From Trypanosoma brucei (taxonomy: Eukaryota): a DNA stretch of 64,000 bases. The stretch is from the NCBI GenBank assembly GCA_000002445.1, contig AE017150.2, forward strand, positions 1,129,949 through 1,193,948, read 5' to 3'. Under the pieces are notes generated by a model. It saw only the letters and a program-made list of their open reading frames with translations. It ran no database searches and had not been told where the DNA came from. Of this stretch, positions 62,803 through 64,000 are shown piece after piece; position 1 is the stretch's first letter, and every line of letters starts with the position of its first letter. The translations under genes and the position numbers were made by a program.

Positions 62803-64000
62803 TCAGAGCAAATCTATTATTGACAAAAAACTGGAATCTTTGAATTCTTTTCCTTCCCATTTACAATCCGGAGATTTGCACTCCTCTTTCTTTTTCTTAT
62901 GTTTGCATTTATCTGTTGTTTTCTCTCTTGTGCCTCCTGATTTGTTTTCTGCTTGTTTGGTTGCTTCTACATCCAATTTGCACTTCCTTTTGCCACCTTC
63001 TTCGTCAACCAATTTGCATGGGGGTTTGCATTTATCCCCTACTCCTTTCTTTTCAAAAGTTTCACCTGTTTCAGTTATTTTTTAGGGCGGCGTGTTTAAA
63101 TTTTTTTGCTTCTCTGTAGTAAGCTCTTGTTCTAGTTACGCAAGTCGGCTGGCTCTTTGGATGTATTGCAGCAAAAAGCTTGCTCTCAGATCGTCGCCGC
63201 CACTTACTTCCTTCAGGGTCTTTTCCTCCGTTTTGTCCGCCAACACTTTCGCTAGTGGTATTGTCTTCAGCTTGTTTAATATGGCCTCTGCTTGACCTGT
63301 AGCTTTTCCTGATACTTCTTCGAGCAGTTTCGCTGTTCCGTAGTCTTCTTTGCTGCCTTTTTCGTTCAGCTTGGCGCTTTTTCGGATGGCTTTGATTGCA
63401 GCAACAGCTTTCGTACTATCTAAGGCATATTTGATTACGTCGTCTTTGTTTTCGCCGCAATTGCTGTCATCTGCTTCTATCAGCCCCTTCAGTTTGTTAA
63501 ACACCTTCGCTGGCCTTTTGGTGGCGTCGGCCGCTTGCCAATTTTGCCCTATCTGGTTTAATTTGGGGATCTGGATGTCTGTGTTTCCTGGTGTCGAATG
63601 CGGTGTTACTTCTATGAAGCCGGCCATGATTGGGATGGCGCCTGGCGTGGCCTGCTGCCAAACGTGGCCTGTTGAACTTAAGGCGTTGGTTGCTAGCAGG
63701 TGGCACTTTGTTGAGGCGCTTCCGCCCGTCTGCTTCGCAGCCGCTGCCGTCAGCTCGTCGAACCCTGTGTTCTTCAGCGCCCCGCTTTCTTGATAGTCCG
63801 CCGTGTCGATGTTGTCGGTGACGGCTGCCGGGCACCCAAGGCGCGTCTGCTTATTGCTCCCTGTGGGAGCGCCTCCGCTTGCCGCTAGGCAGGTCCCTGT
63901 GCTTCCGCCTGTTGAAGCTGATATTAAGAAATCTACGAACTCGTTGATTGCTCCTACACTCTTGGCGGCATTTGTGGTTGCTAGAAGAGCTGGTTTGATC
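62803..64000 (-). pseudogene. VSG gene or pseudogene, partial. It continues beyond the window end and has a frameshift between the C-domain fragment (62803-63012) and the N-domain ORF (63136 to beyond 63627).
   Basis: The 69-aa ORF ends ...KCKHKKKKEECKSPDCKWEGKEFKDSSFLSIIDLL, a VSG C-domain with a truncated GPI signal. The upstream 163-aa ORF (and further beyond it) is A/K-rich helical N-domain sequence, continuous to the edge of the window. Confidence 0.7.

Overview
The window reads as nuclear DNA from an African trypanosome of the Trypanosoma brucei group. This is recognised from protein families and sequence motifs read directly from the sequence; no database search was run. It has two parts.

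Positions 1-36113 are a head-to-tail tandem array of a ~10.5 kb two-gene cassette on the + strand. Each cassette has a 325-aa 2-oxoglutarate/Fe(II)-dependent dioxygenase (IPNS/ACC-oxidase-like, the 'iron/ascorbate oxidoreductase' family) followed by a ~463-aa equilibrative nucleoside transporter (ENT family). This matches the known TbNT2-like nucleoside transporter cluster, which is interspersed with oxidoreductase genes. There are three complete dioxygenase copies and three transporter paralogs. The array ends in a fourth unit that is truncated at ~36113.

Positions 36100-64000 change character into a VSG-type array. They hold a + strand VSG-like pseudogene and a degenerate ingi/DIRE-type non-LTR retroelement on the - strand at the apparent convergent strand switch. 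Beyond that is a - strand array of VSG genes and pseudogenes. Each has an upstream 70-bp-type repeat (with TAA/ATT triplet runs) and a downstream copy of the VSG 3'UTR 16-mer (TGATATATTTTAACAC or a close variant). A glycosyltransferase (GT67-like) pseudogene sits inside this VSG array.

No rRNA, tRNA, CRISPR or telomeric repeats were seen. Many short ORFs in the six-frame track are antisense or intergenic artefacts.
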